64,000 nucleotides of DNA from Planctomycetota bacterium (lineage in GTDB: Bacteria > Planctomycetota > B15-G4 > JADJEK01). The DNA is taken from assembly GCA_044225365.1 (NCBI GenBank), contig JBGAIQ010000024.1, forward strand, positions 1 through 64,000. The letters are read 5' to 3'. A program made the position numbers and the translations under genes. Of the stretch, positions 25,247 to 35,069 are shown piece after piece. The notes beneath the pieces were generated by a model that saw only the letters and a program-made list of their open reading frames with translations, was not told where the DNA came from and did no database searches. Each line of letters begins with the position of its first letter. The first letter of the stretch is position 1.

Positions 25247-26548
25247 TCAGCCCTTGAGGTAATCGAGTGAACTGGGGAGTTCTTGGACTCCTCGTTCGCC
25301 AAGCCCGCTGTCGAAGAGCATTCGGATGTCCGCCAACGCTCTCGAGTCACCTCGAAAGCCGACCTTGCGGGCGCCTGGTCGATTCCCGATCGCGAGAATC
25401 ATCTCCATGATCGAACCGGCATTGCACGCTTCCCCGTCGATCACCATCTGCACGGGCGTTCCGTAGTGCGTGACGATTCGAACGATCAGCGAGATCGGGC
25501 GCGCGTGTAGGGAGTACGCATCCGGGATTCTGAGCTCAATATCATTCGTTACTACAAACAGCTTCAGTACTTCTTCGGCAAAGACCCGCCCTCGAGCCAA
25601 GACAAGCTGGGCGTAATACGATGCGAAATTGACGACCCGATCAAGTACAATTGCCTTGTCGATAAGAGACGATATTTTCTGCTTCGCGAGCTCGTAACGC
25701 ACGTCATTCTCGTGCCTTACGTAGAAGTGAACCAACTCGGTGCCCATCTCGAGTAGATGGAGGGCGACCGAGGCGTGGCCACGCAATCGCGACAACGCCG
25801 GAGTCTTCGACTCGAGACCCGTTGCCCGCACGAACGTGTCGTACTTCGATTGCACGGAATGCACCTGCGACTCGAACGCTCGCGACTTCTCCTCGTCCAA
25901 ATGCTTCAAGACGTGGGTCTTGAGAGCGTCCAGTCCGGTGATCCGGCGGGCCGCGACTCCGGTGAGACGCTCGGCGACGGCGATGTAACGGACCGCGACC
26001 TCGGCAATCTTCTGCTCTTCGTTCTCGACGTCCTCGCCATCCACATTGTGAGGTAGGACGACTCGCGGCCCGGTTTCACTGATCGTCTCATCCGCCAGCG
26101 GGTCGATGGCGATCGGGACCGCGTTCGTCCTGAGTTCCTCGATCACCCCCGTTGCGAGGCGCTCGATCGCTGCGGTCAACACGCGGTCGGTAGCGGCCGT
26201 TTCGGCCATGAACTCGGCGCGCTCCGATTCCGGAAGCTGAACTCGATAACGCGCGAAGCGACTCTCGATGTGCTTCAACGTGATCACGACTTTGCCAAGC
26301 CCGCGCAAACACGCAACGAGTTCGGTCAGGAAGCTGAACCGACGGTTGTTGCGGGCCCCGAAGTCGTCGAGGAACGTTTCCGCCTCATGGGCGACTTCGA
26401 CCAACTTCGTGTAGTGCCGCTTGTGCCAATCCCCGATCGGGCGGGCCTTCAAAGAAGAGATCAAGCGCGTGAGCGGCCGGAGGCGTTCGGCCGCGATCGG
26501 GCCGAACTCCTGTTCAGGAATGATGGACTCGCGGGGTGCTTCGGTCAT
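25247..26548 (-). CDS. HPr-domain protein with a ~340-aa helical N-terminal extension
   Basis: C-terminal SLHARPISLIV (His15 motif) and NAGSIMEMILA (Ser46 motif). Confidence 0.8.
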   Translation of the reverse strand: MTEAPRESIIPEQEFGPIAAERLRPLTRLISSLKARPIGDWHKRHYTKLVEVAHEAETFLDDFGARNNRRFSFLTELVACLRGLGKVVITLKHIESRFARYRVQLPESERAEFMAETAATDRVLTAAIERLATGVIEELRTNAVPIAIDPLADETISETGPRVVLPHNVDGEDVENEEQKIAEVAVRYIAVAERLTGVAARRITGLDALKTHVLKHLDEEKSRAFESQVHSVQSKYDTFVRATGLESKTPALSRLRGHASVALHLLEMGTELVHFYVRHENDVRYELAKQKISSLIDKAIVLDRVVNFASYYAQLVLARGRVFAEEVLKLFVVTNDIELRIPDAYSLHARPISLIVRIVTHYGTPVQMVIDGEACNAGSIMEMILAIGNRPGARKVGFRGDSRALADIRMLFDSGLGERGVQELPSSLDYLKG

Positions 26549-26759
26549 GACGGCGGGAATCCTACTCCGAGTATCGAGAAAACCCCGTGTCAACCTATGC
26601 CAACCTCACGAGTTCTCGTCGAACTCCATTGCAGAGCGGCGTTCGACTCGCCATTTCGGGCCCGCGCCGGAGCAGTCTCCTCAAGGATCGAATTCGCTTC
26701 GGACGACAAAGTGGATACGACTCCCGAATTCCAACTTCCGGATTGCATGAGGTGCTGCC

Positions 26760-27581
26760 ATCTCTTCCGAAAAGGTCCTCGAAACATACCTGCGCGAAAT
26801 CAACCGGGTTCCGTTGCTCAACGGTGACGAGGAGAAGGCGCTCGCGCGCGAGATCCTCCGCGGCAACGGCGCCGCTCGCGAACGGATGATCCGCGCGAAT
26901 CTCCGACTCGTGGTGAGCATCGCAAAGCACTATTCGAATCGGGGCCTGACTCTCCTCGACGTCATCGAAGAAGGAAACGTCGGTCTGTTGCGAGCCGTCG
27001 AACGCTTCGATCCCGAGCAAAACTGCCGATTCTCCACCTATGCCACATGGTGGATCCGTCAATCGATTCGTCGAGCCATCATCAACTGCGGCAAGACGAT
27101 TCGAATTCCCTCGTACATGGTCGAGTTGATCGCGAAATGGAAGAAGGCGAAGATCGAGTTCGAGGACCGCGTAGGTCGAGCTCCGAGCGAGCCGGAACTC
27201 AGTCATCAACTGCAGCTGAAACCCGAAAGCGTTCGGGCGGTCGAGCGGGCCGAACACTCCGCCGCCGCTTCGCGGCAGTCTTTCAGCATCGAAGACTCTG
27301 CGGGCTTCTCCGAGTCGATTCGCGACGAGAACACCATTGCCCCCGACGAGATCGTTTTGAATCGAGCCGAGCTCACGAAGACTCGTGAGCTACTCGAAAT
27401 CCTCGACGATCGGGAACGCGACATCCTACGCTTGCGATTCGGCCTCGACGGCTCCGAGCCCCTGACTCTGAAACAGATCGGGGGAAAACTGGGCCTCACG
27501 CGCGAGCGCGTGCGACAGATTCAGAACGAGGCGCTGCGAAAGATGAATGCGACTCTTACCCGCGGAATGCAACGCAGCTGA
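26760..27581 (+). CDS. RpoD/RpoS-family sigma70 factor lacking region 1.1; probable ATC start
   Basis: [14 protein letters not shown] (region 1.2), [33 protein letters not shown]. In-frame TGA at 26748; GAGGTG SD 5 nt before ATC at 26760. Confidence 0.88.
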   Translation: MSSEKVLETYLREINRVPLLNGDEEKALAREILRGNGAARERMIRANLRLVVSIAKHYSNRGLTLLDVIEEGNVGLLRAVERFDPEQNCRFSTYATWWIRQSIRRAIINCGKTIRIPSYMVELIAKWKKAKIEFEDRVGRAPSEPELSHQLQLKPESVRAVERAEHSAAASRQSFSIEDSAGFSESIRDENTIAPDEIVLNRAELTKTRELLEILDDRERDILRLRFGLDGSEPLTLKQIGGKLGLTRERVRQIQNEALRKMNATLTRGMQRS

Positions 27582-28752
27582 TTCAACCGGGGAATCGCTT
27601 CCTCCGCGAGCGATCTACGTCCACGTCCCTTTCTGTCGCCGCGTTTGCCCGTATTGCGCTTTCGCCGTTCACGCGATCGGCAAACCCGGCCCATCGATCG
27701 ACGAATACACGACGGCTCTATGCTCCGAGTTCCGACTGCGTCGGTCCGACTCGAGAATCACGTCGTTGTATTTTGGTGGCGGAACTCCCTCGACCCTTAG
27801 TGCTTTGAATATGGCGCGAATCGTCGCGGCGCTAGGTCACGAATTCGATCTCTCGTCGCTTCGAGAATTCACCGTCGAAGCAAATCCCGAAGACATCGAC
27901 GCGCGACTTGCTCGCGAGCTCGTTGCGCTCGGCGTCAATCGTGTGAGCCTCGGCGCGCAGTCGTTCGACGGAAAGAACCTTCGCCTCCTGGGCCGCCGTC
28001 ACGACAAGCAGCGTTGTCTCGATTCCGTCGCGATCCTCCGAGATGCTGGGATCGAGCACTTGAATCTCGATCTCATCATCGGTCTGCCCGGTCAATCCGA
28101 AGAGAACCTCCGCAGCGACTTGAGGAGTCTCGAGAGCATCGCCATCGACCATGTGTCTTGTTACATGCTCTCCTATGAAGCTGGAACCCCCTACGAACGC
28201 CAACGAACCAGAGGTTCTCTGCGCGCGATCGAAGACGATCAAGTCGTCGCTTATTATCGACTCACTCGCGATTTCTTGGGCGCGCAGGGCTTTCAACACT
28301 ACGAAGTCTCGAACTTCGCGAGACCTGGGCATCGCTGCAAGCAGAATGCCGCGTATTGGGCTCGCCGCGGTTACCTGGGATTTGGTCCCTCAGCAGCGAG
28401 TTACACGCATGGCGTACGTCGCAAGAATCATCCCAAACTCTCGGTGTGGTACGCGCACCTACGGGCGGGCCGAGACCCGGCGATCGAGGTCGAGACCTTG
28501 ACCGATCGCCAGCGGTTCCTCGAGGCCCTCATGCTGGGATTTCGACGAGCTCGCGGCATCCAGCTCGAACGGCTTCGCGAGGAGTTCGGACCCGACTTGC
28601 CACACCTCGCTCGTTCTCGAATCGCGGAGTTGGTCGAAGAGAACCTCATCGTATCGTCGGCGGTCTCGCTAAGACCTACGCCGCGTGGCTTCGAACTCGC
28701 GGATTCCCTTGCCGAACGGCTTCTGGACGACCGTGATCCTGATCGTCGATAA
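27547..28752 (+). CDS. hemW: Radical SAM heme chaperone HemW (HemN-like)
   Basis: [52 protein letters not shown]. Start codon uncertain. Confidence 0.88.
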   Translation: MRLLPAECNAADSTGESLPPRAIYVHVPFCRRVCPYCAFAVHAIGKPGPSIDEYTTALCSEFRLRRSDSRITSLYFGGGTPSTLSALNMARIVAALGHEFDLSSLREFTVEANPEDIDARLARELVALGVNRVSLGAQSFDGKNLRLLGRRHDKQRCLDSVAILRDAGIEHLNLDLIIGLPGQSEENLRSDLRSLESIAIDHVSCYMLSYEAGTPYERQRTRGSLRAIEDDQVVAYYRLTRDFLGAQGFQHYEVSNFARPGHRCKQNAAYWARRGYLGFGPSAASYTHGVRRKNHPKLSVWYAHLRAGRDPAIEVETLTDRQRFLEALMLGFRRARGIQLERLREEFGPDLPHLARSRIAELVEENLIVSSAVSLRPTPRGFELADSLAERLLDDRDPDRR

Positions 28753-29335
28753 CCTCGATTCCTTCACCCATAACTTGGCGTACGCCGTACGCCAACTCGG
28801 GCGAGTGCCGATCGTCGTTCGCGCAGATGCTGAGGACGGGTCCTCCGTCTTGGCCGGGCGCGAGATCGACGCCGTCGTCGTTTCCCCCGGCCCGAAGAGC
28901 CCAGCGAGATCCCCTGCCGCGGTGGCTGCGATACGGGCTGCCTACGGAAAGAAGCCACTCCTCGGGATCTGCCTAGGGCACCAGAGTCTCGCGCACGCGT
29001 TCGGCGGGCGGATCGGACGAGTCGCGAATCCCCTCCATGGCAAGGTCTCGCCGATCGAGCACGATGGACGCGGTATCTTCTCCGGAATCGAGAGCCCAAC
29101 GCTGGTCGCCCGCTACCACTCTCTCTGCGTCGAGTCCTTGCCGGAGGGTACCGCTCTCGATGTCCTCGCGCGCACCCGCGATGGGGTGATCATGGCCGTG
29201 GGTGACCCCGCGGCCTGCGCCTTCGGACTGCAATTCCATCCCGAGTCGTTTCTCACGCCCTCCGGCCTTGCGATGCTGCGCAACTTCTTTGAAATCGCGG
29301 ACGCATGGGTACTGTCGCGTTCTCCGATCGACTGA
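28733..29335 (+). CDS. Glutamine amidotransferase (TrpG/PabA)
   Basis: [34 protein letters not shown]. Confidence 0.93.
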   Translation: MILIVDNLDSFTHNLAYAVRQLGRVPIVVRADAEDGSSVLAGREIDAVVVSPGPKSPARSPAAVAAIRAAYGKKPLLGICLGHQSLAHAFGGRIGRVANPLHGKVSPIEHDGRGIFSGIESPTLVARYHSLCVESLPEGTALDVLARTRDGVIMAVGDPAACAFGLQFHPESFLTPSGLAMLRNFFEIADAWVLSRSPID

Positions 29336-30237
29336 TTCAGCGTGCCGCGTCGTTGCGTTGTCCGATCGCCGTCGGACTCGACCCGCGGCCTCAACTCTTG
29401 CCGCCTGCTCTCCAACGCTCTGGAAGCGCCTCCCACCGCGCCCTGGCGCGAGCCTACGACACCTTCGCGGAGATCGTCTGCGAAGCCATGGCCGGCATCG
29501 TGCCTGTCATCAAGATCCAGATCGCCTTCTACGAATCACTCGGGATCCGCGCCGCGCGCACCTACGGCCGAGCGATTCGGATCGCGAAGCAACACGGTTT
29601 GCTCGTCATCGGCGACATCAAACGCGGGGACGTGGGTTCGACGGCCGAAGCCTACGCCGACGCTCACTTCGGATCGATCGCTGCATCGAACTCCATGGAT
29701 GCCGATGCAGTCACGTTGAGCCCGTATCTCGGATTCGATGCGATCGCGCCGTTCATGCCCTTCGTGAAGGACGCGGGAAAGGGCCTCTACCTGCTCGTTC
29801 GGACGTCGAACCCTTCCGCGCCCGATCTGCAAGACGAGATCCTGCGCGATGGGCGACGCCTGTTCGAACACGTCAGCGATACCGTCGCGAAATGGGGGAG
29901 TTCAGCGATCGGCGAACGAGGCTATTCATCGCTCGGTATGGTCGTCGGCGCTACCTACCCCCACGAACTCGAGATGCTGAAGCAACGCCACCCCCACTCG
30001 CTCTTCCTCGTTCCTGGATACGGCGCGCAGGGAGGGACCGCGGAGTCGATCGCCGCCGCGTTCCGTTCCGACTCGTTCGACTTCCTGGTCGCGTCGTCTC
30101 GCGAGATCCTGAAGGTCGCCTCGACTCGCGATTTCTCCCATCGAGAATGCGTGGCGGCGCTTGCCCTCGCCGCGACCTCGATGCGGGACAACATCCTTGC
30201 AGCCTTCGCTCGGCTCCACGGACGAACCGCGCCATGA
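29305..30237 (+). CDS. pyrF: Orotidine-5'-phosphate decarboxylase (type 2)
   Basis: VGLDP, KIQIAFYE, DIKRGDVGST, SPYLGFD, RTSNP, VVGATYP, LVPGYGAQGG. Confidence 0.95.
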   Translation: MGTVAFSDRLIQRAASLRCPIAVGLDPRPQLLPPALQRSGSASHRALARAYDTFAEIVCEAMAGIVPVIKIQIAFYESLGIRAARTYGRAIRIAKQHGLLVIGDIKRGDVGSTAEAYADAHFGSIAASNSMDADAVTLSPYLGFDAIAPFMPFVKDAGKGLYLLVRTSNPSAPDLQDEILRDGRRLFEHVSDTVAKWGSSAIGERGYSSLGMVVGATYPHELEMLKQRHPHSLFLVPGYGAQGGTAESIAAAFRSDSFDFLVASSREILKVASTRDFSHRECVAALALAATSMRDNILAAFARLHGRTAP

Positions 30238-31859
30238 CTCCCGAAAACTCGCTGCCCGCGCGACGACTGAAGATTCGTCACGGTCCATCGGGCTCCACCG
30301 ATGAACTCGTCTCGAAACTGACCGGAGGGGATGCCTGGTTGTCGCAGCGGCTATGCGGGAACTTCCGTTCCGAAGCCGATCTCGCCCGAGTCGTCTCCGC
30401 GGTCTCCACTGCGCGTTACGACCGCGAAGCTCTGACGGACGAACTCACCCGTTTCAATCGCGCATGCGAGAACTCCGAGGCCGCTCTCGCTCGGATCGCC
30501 GATCTCCGGGATCCCTCCACCCTGCTCGTCGTCACGGGGCAGCAACCGGGTTTCTTCGGCGGCCCCCTGCTCTGCGCTCTGAAGGCGGCGACCGCGATCG
30601 CGACCGCGCGGGAACTCACCAGCAAGCTTCAGCGCAGAGTCCATCCGCTCTTCTGGATCGCTTCGGACGATCACGATCTCGACGAAGTCCGAGGGACCGT
30701 CGTCCTGGACTCCGACTCCGAGTATCGCAAGATCCGAGTCGAACTCGAGCCTCGAGGCCGTCCGATCGCGGATGTGTCGATCGATGCAGCGACGGCGACG
30801 GCCTTCATGGAAGCGCTGCGGTTCTCGGGACTGGACGAAATGATCGCGAGTCCCTCCCCATCCGCGCTCGCATTCACTCCGCGACCCGGCGAGAACTGGT
30901 CGCTCTGGTTTGCGAGAACACTCGCCCGACTCTTCGCGCGATCGGGGCTCATCCTATTCGAACCCGCGTCCGCGCCTTCCCTCGCTCGACCATTCCTCGA
31001 GGCGCAGCTCGCCGATCCCCTAGCGGCTCCGCGCGCCTTGCATGCGGGTGCGCGCGATCTCGAGGCGCACGGAATTGCTCCGCCCTTGCCCTTCGAGATT
31101 CCCTCGTGTTCGTTCATCACGATCGAGAAGAAACGCCAGCGTTTCGATCCGAACCAGGGACATACGCGGGATTCATTCGACGTCACGAGCCGATCGCCGC
31201 TCAGCGCCGATGCGGCATTGCGAACCGTCCTCCAATCTCGAATCCTGCCCGCGATTGCGGTGATCGGCGGGCCCGGTGAGCTGAAGTACTGGTTGCAGCT
31301 GAGAGAGTTGTTCGCTCACCACGCGACCACGATGCCCATCTTCTTCCCCCGAATCTCCGCAACCTTCGTCACGCCGCAGGTTCGTCGCGCGATGGACCAA
31401 TTGAACGTTGCGGATCAGGCCTTTCTCGGGGAGGACGAACTGCTGAGTCTCGTTCGATCGAGAGTCCCCCCTGCTTCGAAGGAGACCTGGCAGGAGCTCG
31501 CGACGCAGGCGCTCTCGAGCTTCGATCGATTCGCGACGAAGATCCGTGAACTCGGCGGCTCCCTTCCAGCGCGCATCGACCAGTCGACCGCAGCGCTCAA
31601 ATCGTCGATCGAGCGCATCATCGAGCTTGCCGGGAAGCGGCAACAGGAGGTCGAAGGCGTCTCCGAGAAGAAGGTCCGCTCGATCGCGAGATCGATGCGA
31701 CCGATGAACAAACCCCAAGACCGCGTGTTCAGCTCGCTTCCCTTCGCGCTGCGTTTCGGCGACGATCTGTTCGATTCCATCGCCGAGGCCCTCGATCCCT
31801 TCGATCCCACCGCTCGAATCGTCGATCTCGGATTGTCCGACGGATCCGTCCTCCCATGA
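30234..31859 (+). CDS. bshC: Bacillithiol biosynthesis cysteine-adding enzyme BshC
   Basis: VVTGQQPGFFGGPL, FWIASDDHDLDEV, GGPGELKYW, PQDRV. Confidence 0.9.
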   Translation: MTPENSLPARRLKIRHGPSGSTDELVSKLTGGDAWLSQRLCGNFRSEADLARVVSAVSTARYDREALTDELTRFNRACENSEAALARIADLRDPSTLLVVTGQQPGFFGGPLLCALKAATAIATARELTSKLQRRVHPLFWIASDDHDLDEVRGTVVLDSDSEYRKIRVELEPRGRPIADVSIDAATATAFMEALRFSGLDEMIASPSPSALAFTPRPGENWSLWFARTLARLFARSGLILFEPASAPSLARPFLEAQLADPLAAPRALHAGARDLEAHGIAPPLPFEIPSCSFITIEKKRQRFDPNQGHTRDSFDVTSRSPLSADAALRTVLQSRILPAIAVIGGPGELKYWLQLRELFAHHATTMPIFFPRISATFVTPQVRRAMDQLNVADQAFLGEDELLSLVRSRVPPASKETWQELATQALSSFDRFATKIRELGGSLPARIDQSTAALKSSIERIIELAGKRQQEVEGVSEKKVRSIARSMRPMNKPQDRVFSSLPFALRFGDDLFDSIAEALDPFDPTARIVDLGLSDGSVLP

Positions 31860-32575
31860 ATGTCGATGTCCTGGCCTTCTCGGCACACCCCGACGACGCG
31901 GAGATCTTCGCGGGCGGAACGCTCGCGTGGTTCTCGCGCCACGGATACCGGATCGGATTGGTTCATCTCACCCGTGGTGAAGCCGGCACTCGTGGAACGC
32001 CCGAACAGCGGCTCGTCGAAGCCCAAGCAGCCGGGCTTGCTTTGGGGGCATCCCACATCGAGGTCCTCGATTTGGGTGATGGCAGACTCTCCGACTCTTC
32101 CATTGTGCGCGAATCGATCGTCCGGAGTCTGCGTTCGCTTCGCCCAAACGTGATCCTGGCCCCGCTCGATCGTGACGATCATCCCGACCACGCGGCGACC
32201 GGCGCTGCCGTCAAGTCCGCTTGGTATCTGTCTGGAATCCGAAAGTGCGCGCCTGCGGAGCTGGAGTCGCATCGGCCGCAGCATCTTTGGTTCTACCCCT
32301 CGCACGAGATCCCGCTGCCGCGGTTCGTGATCCCGCTCACGGAATCGGACTTCGAGAAAAAGCGCGCGGCGATCCTCGCCTATCGCTCCCAATTCGATGA
32401 GACCTACTTGCGAGAACCGCGGACCCGAATCTCCGACCCCGCCTTCATGAAGGCTCTCGAGGGTCGCGCGCGGTACTTCGGATCGCTCGTCCAGGCTGCC
32501 TTCGGTGAACCGTTCAACACCACGGGACCCCTCGCGATCCACGACCCGGCCATGCTGTTCGAAGGCCGGCGGTGA
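31856..32575 (+). CDS. bshB1: GlcNAc-malate deacetylase BshB1
   Basis: AHPDDAE, LTRGEAGTRGT, HPDH, AILAYRSQF. Confidence 0.92.
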   Translation: MNVDVLAFSAHPDDAEIFAGGTLAWFSRHGYRIGLVHLTRGEAGTRGTPEQRLVEAQAAGLALGASHIEVLDLGDGRLSDSSIVRESIVRSLRSLRPNVILAPLDRDDHPDHAATGAAVKSAWYLSGIRKCAPAELESHRPQHLWFYPSHEIPLPRFVIPLTESDFEKKRAAILAYRSQFDETYLREPRTRISDPAFMKALEGRARYFGSLVQAAFGEPFNTTGPLAIHDPAMLFEGRR

Positions 32576-32579
32576 TCGC

Positions 32580-33695
32580 TTGAGCCGAAGGCTCCGCATC
32601 GGAATCGCGTGCTACCCGACGGTCGGTGGGTCGGGCATCCTCGCCACCGAACTGGGTGCCGTTCTCGCCGATCGCGGACACGAGATCCACTTCCTGTCCT
32701 ACGCCGAACCCGCGCGGCTGAAAGAACACCCGAACACGCACATTCACACCGTTCGGGTCTCCTCCTATCCGCTGTTCAAATACCCTCCATACGACCTCGC
32801 TCTAACGTCCAAGATGCATGACCTCCTCGAACACGGAGCGCTCGACATCTTGCACGTGCACTACGCCATCCCGCACGCCATTTGTTCGTATCTCGCACGC
32901 CATATGTTGCCAGGATGCAGGACAAAAACGGTCCTGACCTTGCACGGGACCGACATCACCGTGGTGGGGAACGAACCCGAATATCGCAGCATCACGCGCT
33001 TCGGCATCGAGAACACCGACGCCGTGATCGCGGTCTCGGCGTATCTCGCGCGCGAAACCCAGCGGATCTTCAACCCCAACAAGAACCTCGTCGTCGTTCC
33101 AAACTTCGTCGATATTCATCGTTTCCGACCACGTGATTCATGTCGGCTCGGAGCCGAGCCCGTGGTGGCCCACATGTCGAATTTCCGCCCGGTGAAGCGA
33201 CCGCTCGACGTCATCCACGCCTTCGCGACGATTCGGAAGACCGTGCCCGCGCGTCTCTGGCTCATCGGCGATGGGCCCGAACTCCCGGGTTGCCTCGACC
33301 TCGCGCGCAAGCTGGGCGTCGGTTCCGCCGTCGACTCACTCGGGATCGTTCGCGACGTCGAAGAAGTCCTTCCCAACATCTCGCTGCTCCTTCAACCGAG
33401 CGGCAGTGAATCCTTCGGCCTCGCAGCTCTCGAGGCGATGGCGTGTGGTGTGCCGGTCGTCGGTTATCGCGTGGGGGGTCTGCCCGAAGTCGTCATCGAT
33501 GGAGAGACGGGCTACCTCGTCGGGTTCCGCGATACCAAGGAACTCGCAGCCACCGCCGCCCGGATCCTCTCCGACGAAATCGAATGGCGGCGTCTGCGCT
33601 CGGCCGCTCGCGAACGTGCAGCAACGCTGTTCAGCAAGGAACACGCTGTCTCGGAACACGAACGGATCTACGAAGCCTTGCTCGATGCTTCCTGA
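32580..33695 (+). CDS. bshA: GlcNAc-malate synthase BshA
   Basis: IGIACYPTVGGSGILATELG, YPLFKYPPYDLAL, HVHYAIPHA, TLHGTDIT, HMSNFRPVKR, ESFGLAALEAM. Confidence 0.94.
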   Translation: MSRRLRIGIACYPTVGGSGILATELGAVLADRGHEIHFLSYAEPARLKEHPNTHIHTVRVSSYPLFKYPPYDLALTSKMHDLLEHGALDILHVHYAIPHAICSYLARHMLPGCRTKTVLTLHGTDITVVGNEPEYRSITRFGIENTDAVIAVSAYLARETQRIFNPNKNLVVVPNFVDIHRFRPRDSCRLGAEPVVAHMSNFRPVKRPLDVIHAFATIRKTVPARLWLIGDGPELPGCLDLARKLGVGSAVDSLGIVRDVEEVLPNISLLLQPSGSESFGLAALEAMACGVPVVGYRVGGLPEVVIDGETGYLVGFRDTKELAATAARILSDEIEWRRLRSAARERAATLFSKEHAVSEHERIYEALLDAS

Positions 33696-34857
33696 ACCTT
33701 CGATCTACTTCGATCACAACGCCATGGCGCCGCCGAAGCGCGTTGCCCTGTCGACGTTCCTCCGCGTGCAGCGACGAGTGACCGGTAACTCGTCGAGCAT
33801 TCATCGCGATGGCATGCGAGCGCGCGCCGAACTCGACGAGGCTCGATCCTCGATCGTCGAGTCCCTTTCAATTCGCGAGGGTCAGCTCATCTTCACCTCG
33901 GGCGGGACCGAAGCGAACAACCTCGCGATCCTGGGTGCCCAACTCCTACCCACGCGCCAAGACATCGCGATCTCCCCCATCGAACATCCCTCCGTGACGG
34001 CCGCGGCACGCGCCGCGACGCAACACCGAAACTCCCGTCTTCGGGTGCTCCCCACCACCGAACACGGAACGATCGATCTACAGGCCATCGAGAACACGAT
34101 CGACGACCGAATCGGACTCGTCTCGATCCAAGCCGCGAATCACGAAACGGGCGTCGTTCAGCCCATCGAAGCGATCGCTGCAGCCCTACGCGGAACGAAC
34201 TCGATCTTCCATTGCGACGCAGTTCAGTACGTCGGGCGACGCCCGGCCGCAGCCCTCTGCGCCAGCGTCGATGCCTTGACACTGGCAGCGCACAAATTGG
34301 GCGGACTCCCCGGTATCGGCGCTTTGTGGGTGAAGGATCCGTCCCGATTCTCCCCCATCCTCCATGGCGGAGCACAGGAGCACGGGCTTCGCGCGGGCAC
34401 GACCTCACCGGCGCTCGCCGCGGCCTTCGCCGCGGCCCTGCGCGAATCGATTCGAACGGCCGATCACGAACGCGAGCGCATTTCTTCGCTGCGCACTCAC
34501 TTGCTCGAGGGGATTCGCGCGATCGTTCCCGACACGGTCTTCTTCTCCACAGCTCGAGACACGCTCGAAAACACGCTGTGCCTTGCGTTCCCGGGCATCG
34601 ACCGATTCGCGCTCACGATCCAACTCGATCTCTCGAATGTTCGAGTCTCCCCGGGGGCCGCATGCTCGAGCGGATCGCCGGAGCCGTCTCCCGTCCTTCA
34701 AGCCCTTGGCGTCCCGCCGTCGCTATTGCGCTCGGCGATTCGACTCTCGCTTGGAACCTCGAACGATCGCGAACAGGTCTCATCGTTCCTCGAGCGCCTG
34801 CCACGGATCGTCGACCAATGCCGTGCAGATTCTCTTCGATTCTCAACTCGCGCCTAA
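33685..34857 (+). CDS. Cysteine desulfurase (IscS/NifS type)
   Basis: YFDHNA, FTSGGTEANN, IEHPSV, HCDAVQ, AAHKLGG, RAGT, GAACSSG. Confidence 0.92.
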   Translation: MLPEPSIYFDHNAMAPPKRVALSTFLRVQRRVTGNSSSIHRDGMRARAELDEARSSIVESLSIREGQLIFTSGGTEANNLAILGAQLLPTRQDIAISPIEHPSVTAAARAATQHRNSRLRVLPTTEHGTIDLQAIENTIDDRIGLVSIQAANHETGVVQPIEAIAAALRGTNSIFHCDAVQYVGRRPAAALCASVDALTLAAHKLGGLPGIGALWVKDPSRFSPILHGGAQEHGLRAGTTSPALAAAFAAALRESIRTADHERERISSLRTHLLEGIRAIVPDTVFFSTARDTLENTLCLAFPGIDRFALTIQLDLSNVRVSPGAACSSGSPEPSPVLQALGVPPSLLRSAIRLSLGTSNDREQVSSFLERLPRIVDQCRADSLRFSTRA

Positions 34858-34926
34858 CTCCTTCATCGGATCGCACGGTCTGCCAACACTCTCTTCACGC
34901 TTCGTCCACCTTCCCCCCACACACGG

Positions 34927-34956
34927 TTGACACGGCGGCTCAAACCCAAGTACAAG
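34927..34956 (+). promoter_or_regulatory. Putative sigma70 promoter of dnaA
   Basis: TTGACA-N18-TACAAG, preceded by degenerate DnaA-box-like TCGTCCACC and CCCCCCACA. Confidence 0.45.
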
Positions 34957-35069
34957 GTGCCGCGCGCGTCCGACCAGGCGCGGGGCCGACGCGAGGCGGC
35001 GAATCCTTCGAAAACTCGCTTTCCCTTTCGGATGCGCATCCGACCTTTCTCGGACGCGTAGGGGGCCGT

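Noticed and set aside
34212-35069. Apparent long N-terminal extension of DnaA (and similar extensions on bshC, the PilM-like gene and pyrI)
   Set aside because: ORF-caller artefacts overlapping upstream genes; the recognisable domains start later.
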